From positions 992,001-1,056,000 of the forward strand of contig JAAOMT010000295.1 of assembly GCA_016748015.1 (NCBI GenBank): a stretch of DNA of 64,000 nucleotides. The letters run 5' to 3'. How positions within the stretch are numbered: the first letter of the stretch is position 1; every line of letters starts with the position of its first letter. The notes under the pieces are model-generated. The model was not told where the DNA came from. It saw only the letters and a program-made list of their open reading frames with translations, and did no database searches. This document shows positions 22,138-35,725 of this stretch, piece by piece. The position numbers and the translations under genes were made by a program. Origin of the DNA: Geosiphon pyriformis uo1 (Eukaryota; Fungi; Glomeromycota).

Positions 22138-24083
22138 ATAAATCTAGTGGACACTTCTGCTGATAGTTCTGGTATTGGTTTGGCTGGATTGGGGATCCAG
22201 TCAAGCCACAAAAAAAAAGCTCATGTGAATAGTGTGTACTCTCATGGTTTGTTATTTAAAAAGCCAAAGATACTTGTAGCTGATGATGTGGTTGATTTGT
22301 CTGCTGGCCCTTTGAGCTTAGAAGATATTAGTAGTGCTGGTATTAAGCCTGTGGTGTCTTGAGGAAACAAAGTTGGCAGTGTTTTTAGCAGTGTAAGTAG
22401 TCTCTTGAATGTTAAAAATATAGAAAATACAGTTGCTGAAAAAACCAGTTATGTAGAATCTGATGAGAATAATAATATGAATAAAACAATGCTGAGAAAA
22501 ACTCATATGTGGATGTACATACTGGGCAATCTATTGAAGCAATTTTTATTCAAACATATGAGTAATAATGATGTTGTGGTGGATTTTCTTTCTTATGTAG
22601 TTATTGGGCCCAATTAATTGCTGCTGCTCAAGTTATGTGCTCTAGAGAAATGGAGCTTTAATTTGACAAAATCTTTCACACTTGATATTGAGATTTTGGC
22701 TGTACCTAAAAAGACTATTATTGACAAGTTGATAACTGTGAAAAAAAATTTTTTTGTGTTGATGGATTTGAGAGAGCTTCAACTTTCTCAAAATTCTCAG
22801 AGATTATTAGATCTTTATTTACTTCTGAAATGAGTTTGAAAAAGGCAAAAGAATTGGCTGTCAGTAAGAAAATTCCAGTTAATAGTAATATTAGGCAGAT
22901 AAACAAATGCACAAATCAGAAAATTGTTGTGAAGGAGATTCCAGTGAATCTTTTCAAATCAGTTGTGAAATCTGTTTTTTCTAAATTTGACAAAATTATT
23001 TCAATCAAAATGCAACTAATTGGTCTTTGACAAAAGACCTTAGTAGAGTTTGAGTTATTAGATGTAGCTAGTTTGGTTGCTTTCAAATAGTCATTGTTTA
23101 TGGGAAAAAATTTGATGTGTGTGGTTTTGGCTGTTAGTAATAAAAAATTGTGGATAACAAGGGATTATCATTGGGCTCTGTTATATACTCTCCCAGTTAG
23201 AATCATAGCTCATAACTTATCTGATTTATTGGACTCATATGGTGGGAAAACTTGTTTTATTGGCTACAATCCAGTTATATATGCTTATGATAGATGTGCA
23301 ATGGTTTGTTTTGATAGTGAAAAATTGAGAAACAATGTCATTGGTTTTCTGCCAGTTTTCAAGAATGTGAATTTGAGATGGGCTGGTCTTTCTCTGGTAT
23401 GCTGTGCTAAGTGTAACCAATTTGGTCATGTTTTTGATAATTGTTTTATGAGTAAGAATTCTGGTGCTCATGAAAAATGAGTGGTGACCTCTCAAGATTG
23501 GGTCTGCTTGGCCAGTATATATAGGAAGAAGCAGACACTTATTGCTCGCCCAGTCTTTTTTAATAATAAAACTTGAATGCAGGTTGCCAGTAGTTCTCTT
23601 TCCAATGTTGTTTTTTTGGTATTATTAGGTGTTAAAGTGGTTTTGGGTGTGGAATTTTTTTATGCTGCTTCTGCTTCCTATGGTGTTTCTAGTTTTAATA
23701 ATTGTTTGGTCTCTTTGGAGCACTCTCTGAAGCTTTTGGCAGACCAGGTTTCTGACATCTTGAAAAAATTAAGCTTTGTTGAATTGGTGCCTCTGCTGTC
23801 TACTTTTCAGGTGTCTCTTTTGGTTGTTTCTGCTTCTTTGGCATCTAATTTAGATTCAAACATGACTTTAGATGGTGTGTTAGCACTGTTCACCTTTTTT
23901 TTCCTTATTGTTAATGATGTAATCTCTGATTTCAGTCCCAGCAGTTCAAAGATTCTGACCACCAAAGTGTGTGGTTTGGAGTTAAAAATGGTGGTTTTGG
24001 AAGTGTCAATCCATTTGGTGCTGGCTAGATTGGATTTTTTAGGCTCTGGTTTGAGTTTTTTATCCTCCTCTTTTTCTCAATGA
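22138..24083 (+). pseudogene. LINE ORF1 (nucleic-acid-binding protein with CCHC knuckle)
   Basis: Collinear ORF fragments from 22147 to 24083. RRM-like segment (VKEIPV..FSKFDKI), knuckle CAKCNQFGHVFDNC, and coiled-coil-like LEHSLKLLADQVSDILKKL. Confidence 0.8.
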
Positions 24084-27000
24084 GTAGTCTGGCTTGGAGG
24101 TTTGTTACATGTAATGTTCAAAGTATTAATGTTCCTGCTAAGCAAAAAGATGTTATTCAATAACATTTGAGCTCGGGTAATATGATGTCTTTTATTACAG
24201 AAACTAAGTTGTGTTTTAGTGTCAAACTTTGAATTGCCAATAAATTTGATGGTGTACAAATATTCATATCTGGTCTAAAGAAGAGCTATCTTGGTGTTGG
24301 TATGGATGTTATTATGAACAATTTCTTGGTTTATCATGTTTCTAAGATGAAAAATGTTCTAGAGAGAATTATTTCAGTGTGGCTTCTGTTTAAAAGCAAG
24401 TTTTTAGTCACTGTTTTGGGTTTGTACACTGGTACTTTGGCTGAAGTTAGGTTTGGTCAGGCTTCAGAGGTGAACTCTCTAATTGCAAAGGCTGTTAACT
24501 TCAGCACTTTCATGGCTTTGAGTGGTGATTTTAATAAAAGTGGATCTGAAAGGAGTGCAAGTTTCAAGTTTTGTCTGAATTTGGGCTTGGTTAATTTTTT
24601 TGTGAGCCATTTTTTGGTCAAAGCTGCTACATAGAACAATTCAAGAGGAGTCGAAAAGTCTATTTACTATATTTTTGTTAGTAGAAACTTGGCTTCAGCA
24701 GTTGCAGATTATGTAATTGGCTCTGTTTTCAACTTTTTTGATACTAATCACAAGGCTGTTATAGTGTCTATCAGTTTAGATGGCCTCTTGAATGGCCACT
24801 TGAATAGCTTGTGCAAACAGGCAAATAAGGATCATTAAAAGTTTAATATTAAGAATGCAGATAGTGCCAAGTGGACTAAATTTGGGTTTTGTATAGCTTC
24901 TAAGCTTTTATTGGTAGAGAACAAACTTACTAATGCCAAGGCATATGGTAATATGGATGCTATATGGGTAATTCTGGAGAAAATAATGGTGGAATCAGCT
25001 GATGAGATATTTTTGAAGCATTGGTTTAGTGAGTTTCAATGTTTAAAGAACAAACATTCTTCCAGGTTTTTTGGGTTGGAAATGTTAACTGCCAAAATTG
25101 TTAAGAAATTTAATTCTGGTGATATTATTAAGATTAATTGTCTTGTGAGAACTTGGTCAACCTTAAATAAAACTAAAGCCCATGTTTTCACTAACTTGAT
25201 TCTTTCAGATAACTATCCAGTATTTATTCTCAAACATTTGTCTTTGATTTGTAAGAATTATAGAAAGTTTAAAATGTATGAATCAAAATTGGCTAAAAAA
25301 ATGTCTATTAAAAAGGTAATCGAGAAACAAATGGAAAAGTTTTGTTCTAATAAAAGTGGCATGATCAGAAGTGTTTTAGACCAATCCTTTCGTAAAATGG
25401 TGTTAAATCACTTGGTGGTAAATAAAAAGCTAGTTGTAAAGTCGACCAAAATTAAATTTAATGTAAATAAAATTATGGAGAGTTGGACAAAGAAGCAAAT
25501 AGTGCCTCCAGCTTTGCCCAATCTTTGGGTTCACCAGTATGCACCTTTGGATTATGTGAAAAATAATATCTTTTTTGGTGTGATACATCCTATCAACTTA
25601 AGCAAATTGTTTTTGGTCATCAGTGACTTACCTAATGGAAAGACTATAGGCTTGTCTGACATTTCTAATGAACTATAGAAGCATGGTGGTGATGCAGTAG
25701 TAGGTTGTCTGTTAAGGCTGCTAAATGTGTGCTTGGATGTGAGGGGTATGCTTGTTTTATGAAAAAAAGCATGGGTATTGATGATTCCAAAACCCTATAA
25801 CTGAGATGGAGTTCTTATGAACACTTGTCTTATTGTCTTGATTGAGATTTCAAGAAAGATTCTTTCTAAGATTCTATCTGACTATATTTTGTTTGTCTGC
25901 AGTAAATTTAGCATTTTCTATGATAATAACTTTTCAGTGCTGAGAGGCACTTTTACACAGTCTTCAGTGTTTGCTGTTGGGTCTGTTATTAAAGATATTC
26001 TCGAAAAGAATAGAGAAATTTGGTTGGTCTTATAAGATATGCAAAAGATTTATAATTCTATTAGTTGGTACTATCTGAAAGCTAGCTTGTTGTGGATCAA
26101 AATGTGTGATAGGTTTATAAAATTTTTTGGTAGTATACATGAGAATAGGATTAATAGGGTTATAACTGATTTTGGTCTATCTGATAGCTATAGAGTGTGT
26201 AATGGATTGAATTAGGGTAAAGTCTTTTCACCTCTTCTCTAGAGAATTTTTTATGATCCACTTTTGTGTAAGATTAAGAGACATGAGCATTTGTGTAAAT
26301 ACCAGATTGATACTAAGTTTGTTTCAAAAATGGGCAAGATTGAAAATAGTGGTGGGATAACATTTTATTTTGTGGCTGGTGTATTTGTTGATGACACAAT
26401 TTGGATCAGGAGCTGCTAGACTTCAATTCAGTATGCTTTGAACATTGCCAGTAAATTCTTTGATATCAATGATATTTTCATTAACAATAATAAAACAGTC
26501 ACTATCCTCATTAATTAGGGTGTTAATATTGCTTCTTTGAGTATTTGTGATCAGCCAATTTTGATTGCTAAAAAGGGTAAAGTGCATTATTATCTAAGAA
26601 TTTTTTTGTCTACTGAAGGACTGTTTAGGCTGAGTGTTGCCAAAACTCATTCTGATATTTGCTTTTTTGTTAATATTGTGTTAAGAATAGTTATTACAGA
26701 TAAGCAGTTTTCATATTTGGTATCAGCTGTCTTGCAGCCTATTATTAGCTACTGGATTCAATTCAGTTTTATTTCATCAAATTTTTGTTGCAAGTGGAAT
26801 GTCATGATTAGAAAAAGACTTAAACTTAAGGCATGCCTTCTCCATGACTTTTCTAATGTGGTTTTGTATTACTCTTTGTTGTATGGTCTAAAAACCTTCA
26901 AGCAAATTTAGTCTGAGAGTAAATTAGCTGCTGTGTTCTTTTTTTCTAATGCTTTGAACATTCTTGGGCACTTGTTCAATCATAGATTTTTGGATATACA

Positions 27001-28761
27001 GATCATGGACTGGGCTCTTTTAAATCCCTTGCAGTTTTCTGTCAAGTTATGTGTTAGTCCTGTGAACAACTTTTTGGCTGGCATGGTAAAAATTTTTTTA
27101 TGCAATAAGCTGTCTTTGGCAAATAATCTGTCTAATGTTTTTTGTAATCCTGGTGCTTTTCCTATGTCACTGATATTGGGGAACACTCTTTACTTCAGTT
27201 TTGTGTGTTCTTTGAAGTGTTTTGGTGTTGTATTTGACAATAGGCTGTTAGATAAGAAGGGATGTGTGATGGATTGGAAAACTTTTTGTTAGTGGAAAAA
27301 ACTTGATCCAAGAAGACCTGTTCCTTTTTGGTTTAAACAAACATCTCAATTTTTGCATAATAATAGTGCTCTGTTATCTGATTTTGTGAGAGCTGACTGG
27401 CTTTCTGGTTTAAGCATTTTGAAATTTTCTGTTGTAAGAAGTAGTTTGCATGAGATTTGGTCTGGTTTATTTGATGTTTTCACAGATGGTTCATTGAAAA
27501 ATCTTGGCTCAACTGATGTTACCAGTAGTGCAGCTGTGTACTTTCCTGCTGTGAATTTTAGTCTTGGGGTTAGGGTTCAGGGATTGTTGTCTTCTACTTT
27601 GGCTGAATTACAGGCTGTTGCTTTAGTGCTAGAGTGTGTTCCATCTTCTTGTACAGTGGCATTGTATATTGACAGTCAAGCTGCCATTGATGCTTGTATG
27701 TCTAAAATGTTTTCTGCTGTGCCTGACTTCCATACTCCATGCTGGGTGAAAAAACATTACATTTTTAATTTAATTCATAAGAAAGACATTAGTGTGAAAT
27801 GGATAAAGATTAAAAGTCATTCTGGGATTTGTGGCAATGTAAAGACTAATACTGCTGCTAGTAATACTATGTGCTCTTGGTTTTCTTTGCCAGTGGGAGT
27901 ACAGAAACATTTTTTGGTGACTGAGGGCATGGTTGTATTTGGCAATGCCCAGCATTTGTTCAAAATTTGTACAGATCTGTTTGTTATGCTTGTTGGAAAG
28001 TCAGACTTGGTTGCAATATTATTCCAAATGAGTTGATTAGGAGTGTTGACTGAAGAGCCACTTCAAGAGTGTGACACTCTGACTTGCATATGCTTACTGA
28101 GTCTACTAGTCAGAAATTTTCTGTCCTATGTTCATATTTGATGAAAGCTATACACTGACAGCTTCCAATAGCAGTTAAGAAAAGATTATAAAATAAAAGT
28201 TATCCTGGTGTGCTGTATTTGTTGTGTGATAAGATGAAGCTACCTAATTATGTCTTTATGTGTGCTTTAAATGTTGGTGTTTAGAGGAAGATTCTGGCTA
28301 AGATTTCTGCTTCATGGGTCTTTTTGGTAAAGACTAATGCTTTGTTTTCTTCTGCAGTTTTGCAGTTTCTTGGTCTTTGTTCTTTAGATGTTGGTCTATA
28401 TTTGGTTATATATAAGAGATTTGTTATAAAAAATTGGTGTACAGAAGCTGTTGAAGTTTTTGATAATAAAAAAAAAATTGTAAGTATTGTTGTTGAATAT
28501 GTGAGGCATTTTTTTAAGTTATATTATTCTAGAATCTGGCTGGTAAGGTTTAAACATAGGGTGGATATGGAAAGAGCTGGTTTGGTTAGGGATAGTGGGT
28601 TGGTGTCAGGTTTGTCATATTGTGTAATGCATGTGTTGTCAGATAGTGTGGTTAGAATACTTGACATTGTTAAATCTCTTGCTGTTAGTTTTGGCCATTA
28701 TAGACCTTATCTTTTTTTTTCTGGGTTGAATTATAATTCATGTGTTGTTATAGGTGTGTAG
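24080..28761 (+). pseudogene. LINE ORF2: APE endonuclease, reverse transcriptase, RNase H, C-terminal Cys/His remnant
   Basis: APE: TCNVQSIN, ITETKL, SGDFN. RT: GLN*GKVFSPL, VFVDDT. RNase H: VFTDGS, LAELQAV, IDSQAAI, WIKIKSHSG..GN. The ATG overlaps the ORF1 stop (ATGA). Confidence 0.92.
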
Positions 28762-31700
28762 TATTGTTTTGTCTGGCCTGAGTGGCTAGTTACATGTAAC
28801 AAGTACATGAATTGTATTTAGTTTGAGCCTCTTAGTATGGCTTTATATACTAAATAGCAGTTGGGTTTTATTTATTAAATGTGTAATAAAAAAAAATATT
28901 ACAATTAAAATAATAAGTATTATTAAAAATAATATTATTATTTACATAAAAATTTTTTTATTAATTAAAATAAAAAAACACAGCAATAAACAAATAGTAT
29001 TATTAGTTAATATATTAGCAATATTATTATTTATAGTTTTAAAATGGTTTTTAATTTTGAATTAAATAATTAAATATTTTTTTCATTAATAAAATTAAAA
29101 TTTTGTTTTTTTTATTTAGCATTGATTAAATAAATTAAAAAAACTTAAACAAATTTAGCTATATAAATATCTAATATTGCTTAATTATTAAAGATAATTT
29201 TTATTATACTAAATATAAAAACACATATAAAAGCAAAAAAACAGTTTACAATTTAGCCAAAGTAAATAAAATAAAATCTAAAACACAAATATTAATATTT
29301 ATATTAAAATTCTTAAAAAATATCATAATACTATAAATTATATTATGTAAATTCAAACTTTATAATAAACTATTAATAAAAGCTATAAAAAAATTTGTAT
29401 TTAATAGACTGTTGTTAATTGTAAAAAATTTATTTAAATTATAAATACTTTAATAATTAAATTTATAGTTTATTAATAAAAAAATTAAATATGATTTCTA
29501 ATTATACAAAAAATTAAATATATTTAAAAAATAGTTGTATTATAATAAATTTATATTAATAAATTTTAATATTTATTAAGCTATTATTTTAAGTTAAATA
29601 TTTTTAAATATTTTAAAAAATTTTAAATAAAAATTATATATAAATTCCAAGTAAATACATTATATATTTTTAAAATAAACTATTTTTTTAATAATTATTA
29701 AATTTTATTATAATTAAGATTAAAAACTTCTTTTTTTTATATTTAAAAAAAAGCTTTTTGAAAAAAAGTTTTTGATTTTGCTGTTTTACTTATTTTTAAT
29801 ATTTTATAAAACATTGATTTTTTTATTTAAGAATTAATGATTACTATTAATAATAATATAACCAAAAAAAAGTTCCCAAAAATATTGTATATAATTTTAT
29901 TAAAGATAATTTTACTTAAAAACTAAGAAAAATAAAAAAATATTAAAAACTCTGATAATAATAGTTTTATTTTTAGATAAATTTTTGTCTTCAAACAGTA
30001 AAATAGCTTTTTTTGCTGTTTTTAATGTTTTTAATAACATAAAAATCAATTTTAAACTTGAATTAAAAAATTTATAATAGTAAATATTAAGTTTAATACT
30101 AATAATAAAAGCAAAACTCTTTTAGACTTCAAGACAAATATTTTTAAAGCAAAAAAATAAATATTAAAAAATTGAAAGTTTTGTTTTTAAATATAAAATT
30201 AAAAATAAAAAACATTTTTTATTTTTTATTTTTTTATTTAAATTAAATTGGTCTATTTTTCGTGGTTGTTAAAAAAAATTGAAAAAAATTTATGTTTTAA
30301 ATATTTAATTTTACTAATTAATAAAAAAAACTTTATAAAAAAGATGTATATAATTAAAAAAATAGTTTTTTATTAATTAATTTTGATAAAATTTTCACTT
30401 TTTTAAAATTTCAGATTAATATTTAAATTAAAATTTAGTTTAGATAAAATTATAATATTGGCCAAAAATAAGAGTATAATTATAAACAACAATTTTAAAA
30501 AACCAAATGTATTATTAAATTGAATTATAATTATTAAAAAATATTACTGTTTATTTTGCCAATAAATATTATTGCTTATAATTTTGGGAATTTGTTAAAC
30601 AAAATAGCTAAAAAAAACTTTGTTATTAATTGTGTTTACTATAAACAGTAAGATAAAATATGTTATTATTTGTTTTAAAATTAAAAAATTTAAACAGAAC
30701 TTATTATACTATTTTAATATTTTAATATTAATATAATAAATTTGGTTTAAACTAAATTAAATTTGATTTACTATAAAAATTATAAATATTTTAATTACAC
30801 AAAATTAAAAAAAATTTCTTAAATATATATTATTAATAATTAATTAAAACTATTTTATTGCTATTTATGCTAAAAAAAATGCTTTTATTTTTTATTGCTT
30901 TTAATAACAAGTTTTAAACTTAAATAGTTTTATTAAATTGTAAATTTAGTTTTGTTAATAGTTTTTATATGAATTTAATAAAAAATCTTCTAAATTTTTT
31001 ATTATTTATTTTGTTGAAAAAAACTTAAAACTATTCTTAAATAAAATTTTAAATTTAAAGTTTAAGTTAAATACTCTATTTTTGCTGGCTTTTTAAATAT
31101 TAGTTGCTATTTTATTTTTAATATTGGTTTTTAATTTTGGTTTAAAAAAATTAAAAATTTATTGTTTTTAAATACTAAAATTTTTAATTTCTTTGTGTTT
31201 AATTTGAGTGGTTAAAAAACCAAATAATAAAATTTTTAGGTTTTTTTATATTATTTTAACTAAATTAAATGCTTTATTTGCTAATAAAAGCATTTATATT
31301 TTATTTTCACAATAATTATATTATATATAATATAAAAAAATTTTTGCTAAGCAAAAAAACATTATAAGATAACATAAAAATATAAGCAATTTAATTTTTA
31401 TTGTTACTAAAACAAAATTAAAAGATTAAATCAGATCTTAAATTATAAATTTAATAAAGTCAGAATTTTTATAATTGGTTTAAATTCTAATTATATAAAG
31501 TTTAAAATTTTAATTATTTTAGAAAATGGATTGGCAAATATGTTTGCAAAGTTTTTAAAATATTAAACCAACTTTTATAAGTTTATTTTTGTTTAAAAAT
31601 AAGTTTTCAATTATTATTTTGAATTTTTATACAGATGTTTTTTTGTAGTTAAATTAAAACAAACTAATAAAATTACAATTATTAAAGTAGTAAATAACAG

Positions 31701-33970
31701 TTTTTTTAATAAAATAGTTAATAGTTTAGTTTTTAATTTGAAGTAATTTAAAAAAAGTAAAAAAGTTATTAACTATATTTTTGTTAATATATATTTTTTA
31801 ATACAATAATCAAACAAGAAGTATATATAAGATAAAAAAGTTTTTTAATATTAATTACAATATTTTTTTATGTTAATTAGCCTAAATAATTTATTAAATA
31901 TATAGCTTTATGTATTATAAAAACAGATAAATAAGAATTATTAAAATAAAAAATAAAAAATACAAATAACTTTAAATAAAAATATTTTAAAAAACTTTTT
32001 TTATTTAAAATAATAAATATAAAAGATAAATTTAATATAGTAAATAAAAATTCTATTTAAAAAATTATGTGTTTTTTGGCTGATAAAATGTTTTTTAAAA
32101 CTTGGTTTTATAAATTTAAAAGCACAAAAAATAATTAATTATCCAAATTTTTTAATTAAAGCTTTTAATGTTTAAAATTGTTAAGAAATTAAAATTAAAG
32201 TTTAATAATAAGTTTGCTTATATGGTTTTTTTAATAGAATATAAACTTTAAAAATTTAAAGTATAATAGATATAAGTTTGATATTAATAATATTAATTTA
32301 ATTTTGTCTAATATAAATTTTTTTTAGATTTTTAAGCTTAAAAATTCTAAATAACTAAGAAATTTAGTTATTATCAAACACATAAAATATTTTATTTATA
32401 ATAAAAATCATATAATTGAAAGTATTTTAAAATATTTATTTTAGAAAGTTGTTTTAAATTATTTAATATAGAAAAAAAGCAGATTTTGAAGCTTAAAAAT
32501 ATTAAATCTAATTCAAATAAAATCATAAAAAAATAAATTAAAAAATAAATAGTATTAAATACAATTTCTGTTCTGTAATATTATTAATATGTTTTATTAA
32601 ACAATATAAATAATAAAATATTTTTTAATATAATAAAAAGAGTAAAATATAAGAAATTATTAAAAATAATTAAAAATTTATCAGCCAATTTGTCTAATAT
32701 TATGAATAAATTATAGAAGCATTACAATAATTTTGTTTTAAACTTGTTGTTAAATTTGTTGAATATATATTTGTTAAATAAATTGGTTTCTAAATTATAA
32801 AAAAGTTTAAATGTTAATAATTTTTAAATTATATAAGTAAAAAAATATTTAATAAATACTTGTTTTATTACTTTAATTAAAACTTTTAAAAAAATACTTT
32901 TTAAAATTTTTTAACCAAATTTTTTTGCTTGTAACAATTTAATGTTCTTTATAGAAATAATTTTTTTGTTTTAACTTAATTTTTTATTTTTGTGATAAAT
33001 TTAGTAATTAAAAATATTTAAAAAAATTAAAAATTGTAATTGGTTTTATAAAACATATCCAAAATTTATAATGAAATTAGATAGTATTATTTAAAAAATA
33101 GTTTAATTAAAATTAAAATATATAAAAGTTTAACCGAATTTTTTGGCTATATTTATAATAACAAAATAAATAGAATTATAACAAATTTTGGTTTAATAAA
33201 TAATTACAAAATACATAATCAATTGAATTAAAAATAAAGATTTTTTTTTGCTGTTTTAAAAAAATTTTTATAATCTTTTTTTGTATTAAATTAAAAAATA
33301 TAAAAGTTTAAATAAATACAAAATTAATACTAAAATTGTGACCAAACCTAATAAAAATTAAACCCAAATCTGGTTTGACTTTTACTTAAAAACTAATGTA
33401 TTTATTAATAATACAATCTGAAAATAATTAGACAGTCTTTTAATATATTTTAAAAATTGTTAGCAAATTTTTTAATATTAATAATATTTTAATTAACAAT
33501 AATAAAACTATACTTATTTTTATTAACTAAAAAATTAAAAAAGTATTAGTGACTTGTTTATTTTTGTTGTAAAAAAAACTGCCGATTTTTTTGTTTATTA
33601 AAAATCTATTTAAATTAAATTTAAAAAAAGTGTATTTAAATATTAAATTTTTTGCTAATATAATTTTGAAAAAGTTATAAACAAACAGTTTTTTTACAAT
33701 TTTATAGTTTATAATTAGTTATAAAAGCCAATTTAGTTGTGTTTAAGAGTATATATAATAGATAAAATTTGTTAATTAAAAAAAAAATTGAAGTTTATAG
33801 CCAATTTGCTTAAAAACTTTCTTAATAAAACTGCTATTATTTGAAATTAAATATTATTAAGTCTATTTTAGTATTTTATTAAGTTATTACTGAGTTTTTT
33901 GAATAATCTTTTGGTTAAAACAAAATTTTTTTTTGGAATATAAGTTTTTTTGTTAATAATATTCTAAATA

Positions 33971-35725
33971 CAATCAGACCTCTATAAAAGAACACAGTTG
34001 GAACATGCAAATTATGTTCTATTTTAGAGGTGTCTATTATAGAGTTTTATAATTATTATCAAATAAACTATATTTATTTATTAAATCAATCAATTATTAT
34101 TATTATTATTATTATTAAAATATTGATTAATTGTTACCTGTTTTTTAGAATTTTCCTTCATTTTTTCGTATTCATATAATTTTTTTCTAAGTAAATTTTG
34201 GTTTTCTATACTAAAATTTTCTTCTGCTAATTGCTCTTCAAATTTAATTGCCTTTTTTAATGCTTCATATGCTTCTCTAATTGTAATTATAGCAGGTGGA
34301 GATTCTTCTAATTCTTCTTCCGAGTCATTAATTGTATTGGTTTCAATTTGAGCATCGGCTAAAACCATATCTACAATTTTATTATCATCAAGAATATTTT
34401 CAGTTGCCAATAATTCATCAACTGCTACAGTATAATCTTCGAGATTTTTGACCAATTGTTGTGCATTTGATGGTAAATTGTTGAATATATCCATAGCAAT
34501 TGATGTTTCGGATTCTTGAATTTCTAATTCTTGATTATAGAAAAGAATATCCGTTTTTTGCCAACAGTTTTGAATTGTAACAGATATTACTCGAAACCAT
34601 GATTGAACAACATAATCAATTGCTTGTTTTATGTTTAATTTATTTCTAAAAAATAAATTAATATTAGATAAATTATATAATATATAATGATAATAATTGG
34701 TAAATATAATATACCAATTATTTTCCTGCATTTCGACATTTTGCAAGTGTTTGATTTGGTCCCATACGAAAAAATAATCCTGTTTCATCAGCATTATATA
34801 TGTCAGCAGGATCAAATTCGGATATAATGGTTTTTAATTTTCTTCATTCTTCTGATAAACTTTTAGTTGATACACTTCCTGCTTCACCATAAAATCGTAA
34901 ACACGTAACTGGTTTCGTTTTTTGAATTTTTGAATCCATCCATTTGAGAATTGCATTTCATTTTCGTGCATACCAAGAAGTTTGGCAAATTCTTTTCCTT
35001 TCTCTTTAATTAGTTGATCATTGAATTCGATAGTGGCTGCAGTTACTTGTTCTACCCAATAACTTAAAGCTTGGTCTAATAATGGAAATTTAATGCTTTT
35101 GTGTCAAATAGATCTTTCTGAGATTTCATCAATTTCAATATTCAACCACTTTGCATGCTCTTTGATTACCTTAGAGACAGTTGGACAAGAAATATGAAGT
35201 TCTGGATATTTATGATTGAAGTAAGCTACAATATCATCATGTTTCGTGCCATAGTAATTTTTGGAAATATTGACAAATTTCTTTACAAAGAGCATCATTA
35301 ACTGCTGCTCGTTTTTGTTTTTTGAATAAAGGTTCTGACATTGTGATAATTTAGCAAGTCTGCTAGAAAATGTGCCTATAATGATAATATTAGATTTGGT
35401 TTTAGCAAGCCTGAATTGGAATACAATAGGAACTAAGTGGCTGTATGTGAAAACAGACAAGATCAAAAAGAGTAAGTCCAATGTAAATCGATTTAAAAGA
35501 AAGTTAGGATGAAATCAATTCAATACGTTCTAACTTTTTTCCCAATAACATCTAGCACGTGATATTTGTTCTTATATGAAGGTAAATTTCGAATAAACGT
35601 TTGATAAAATTATGTTCTTGTTCCTTTATAGATTGTTCTTATATAAAGGGAAAATTGTTAATTAATCAATTGGTTCTATAAAAAAATGTTCTTTTATTGA
35701 GAGTTCTTTTATGAAGGTCTGACTG
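33971..35725 (-). mobile_element. pogo/Tigger-like (CENP-B-related) DNA transposon, internally deleted
   Basis: 23-bp TIRs CAATCAGACCTCTATAAAAGAAC / GTTCTTTTATGAAGGTCTGACTG with 3 mismatches, each flanked by TA. Confidence 0.92.
34090..35341 (-). pseudogene. pogo transposase remnant: two HTH DNA-binding domains and C-terminus, most of the DDE core missing
   Basis: MSEPLFKKQKR.., KFPLLDQALSYW..FSNGWIQKFKKRN, YGEAGSV, IYNADETGLF, then directly LNIKQAIDYVVQSW..TIQNCWQKT. Putative GT-AG intron at 34714-34646. Confidence 0.88.

Larger units (their letters stand above)
4045..28895 (+). mobile_element. Full-length LINE (ORF1 with Zn knuckle; ORF2 APE-RT-RNase H-Zn finger), interrupted by Gypsy A
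   Basis: Pyrimidine-rich 5' UTR at 4045-4193 joins ORF1 at 22138 once Gypsy A is removed. Poly(A) at about 28888-28896. Candidate 12-bp TSD ATATTACAATTA at 4033-4044 and 28896-28907. Confidence 0.85.
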
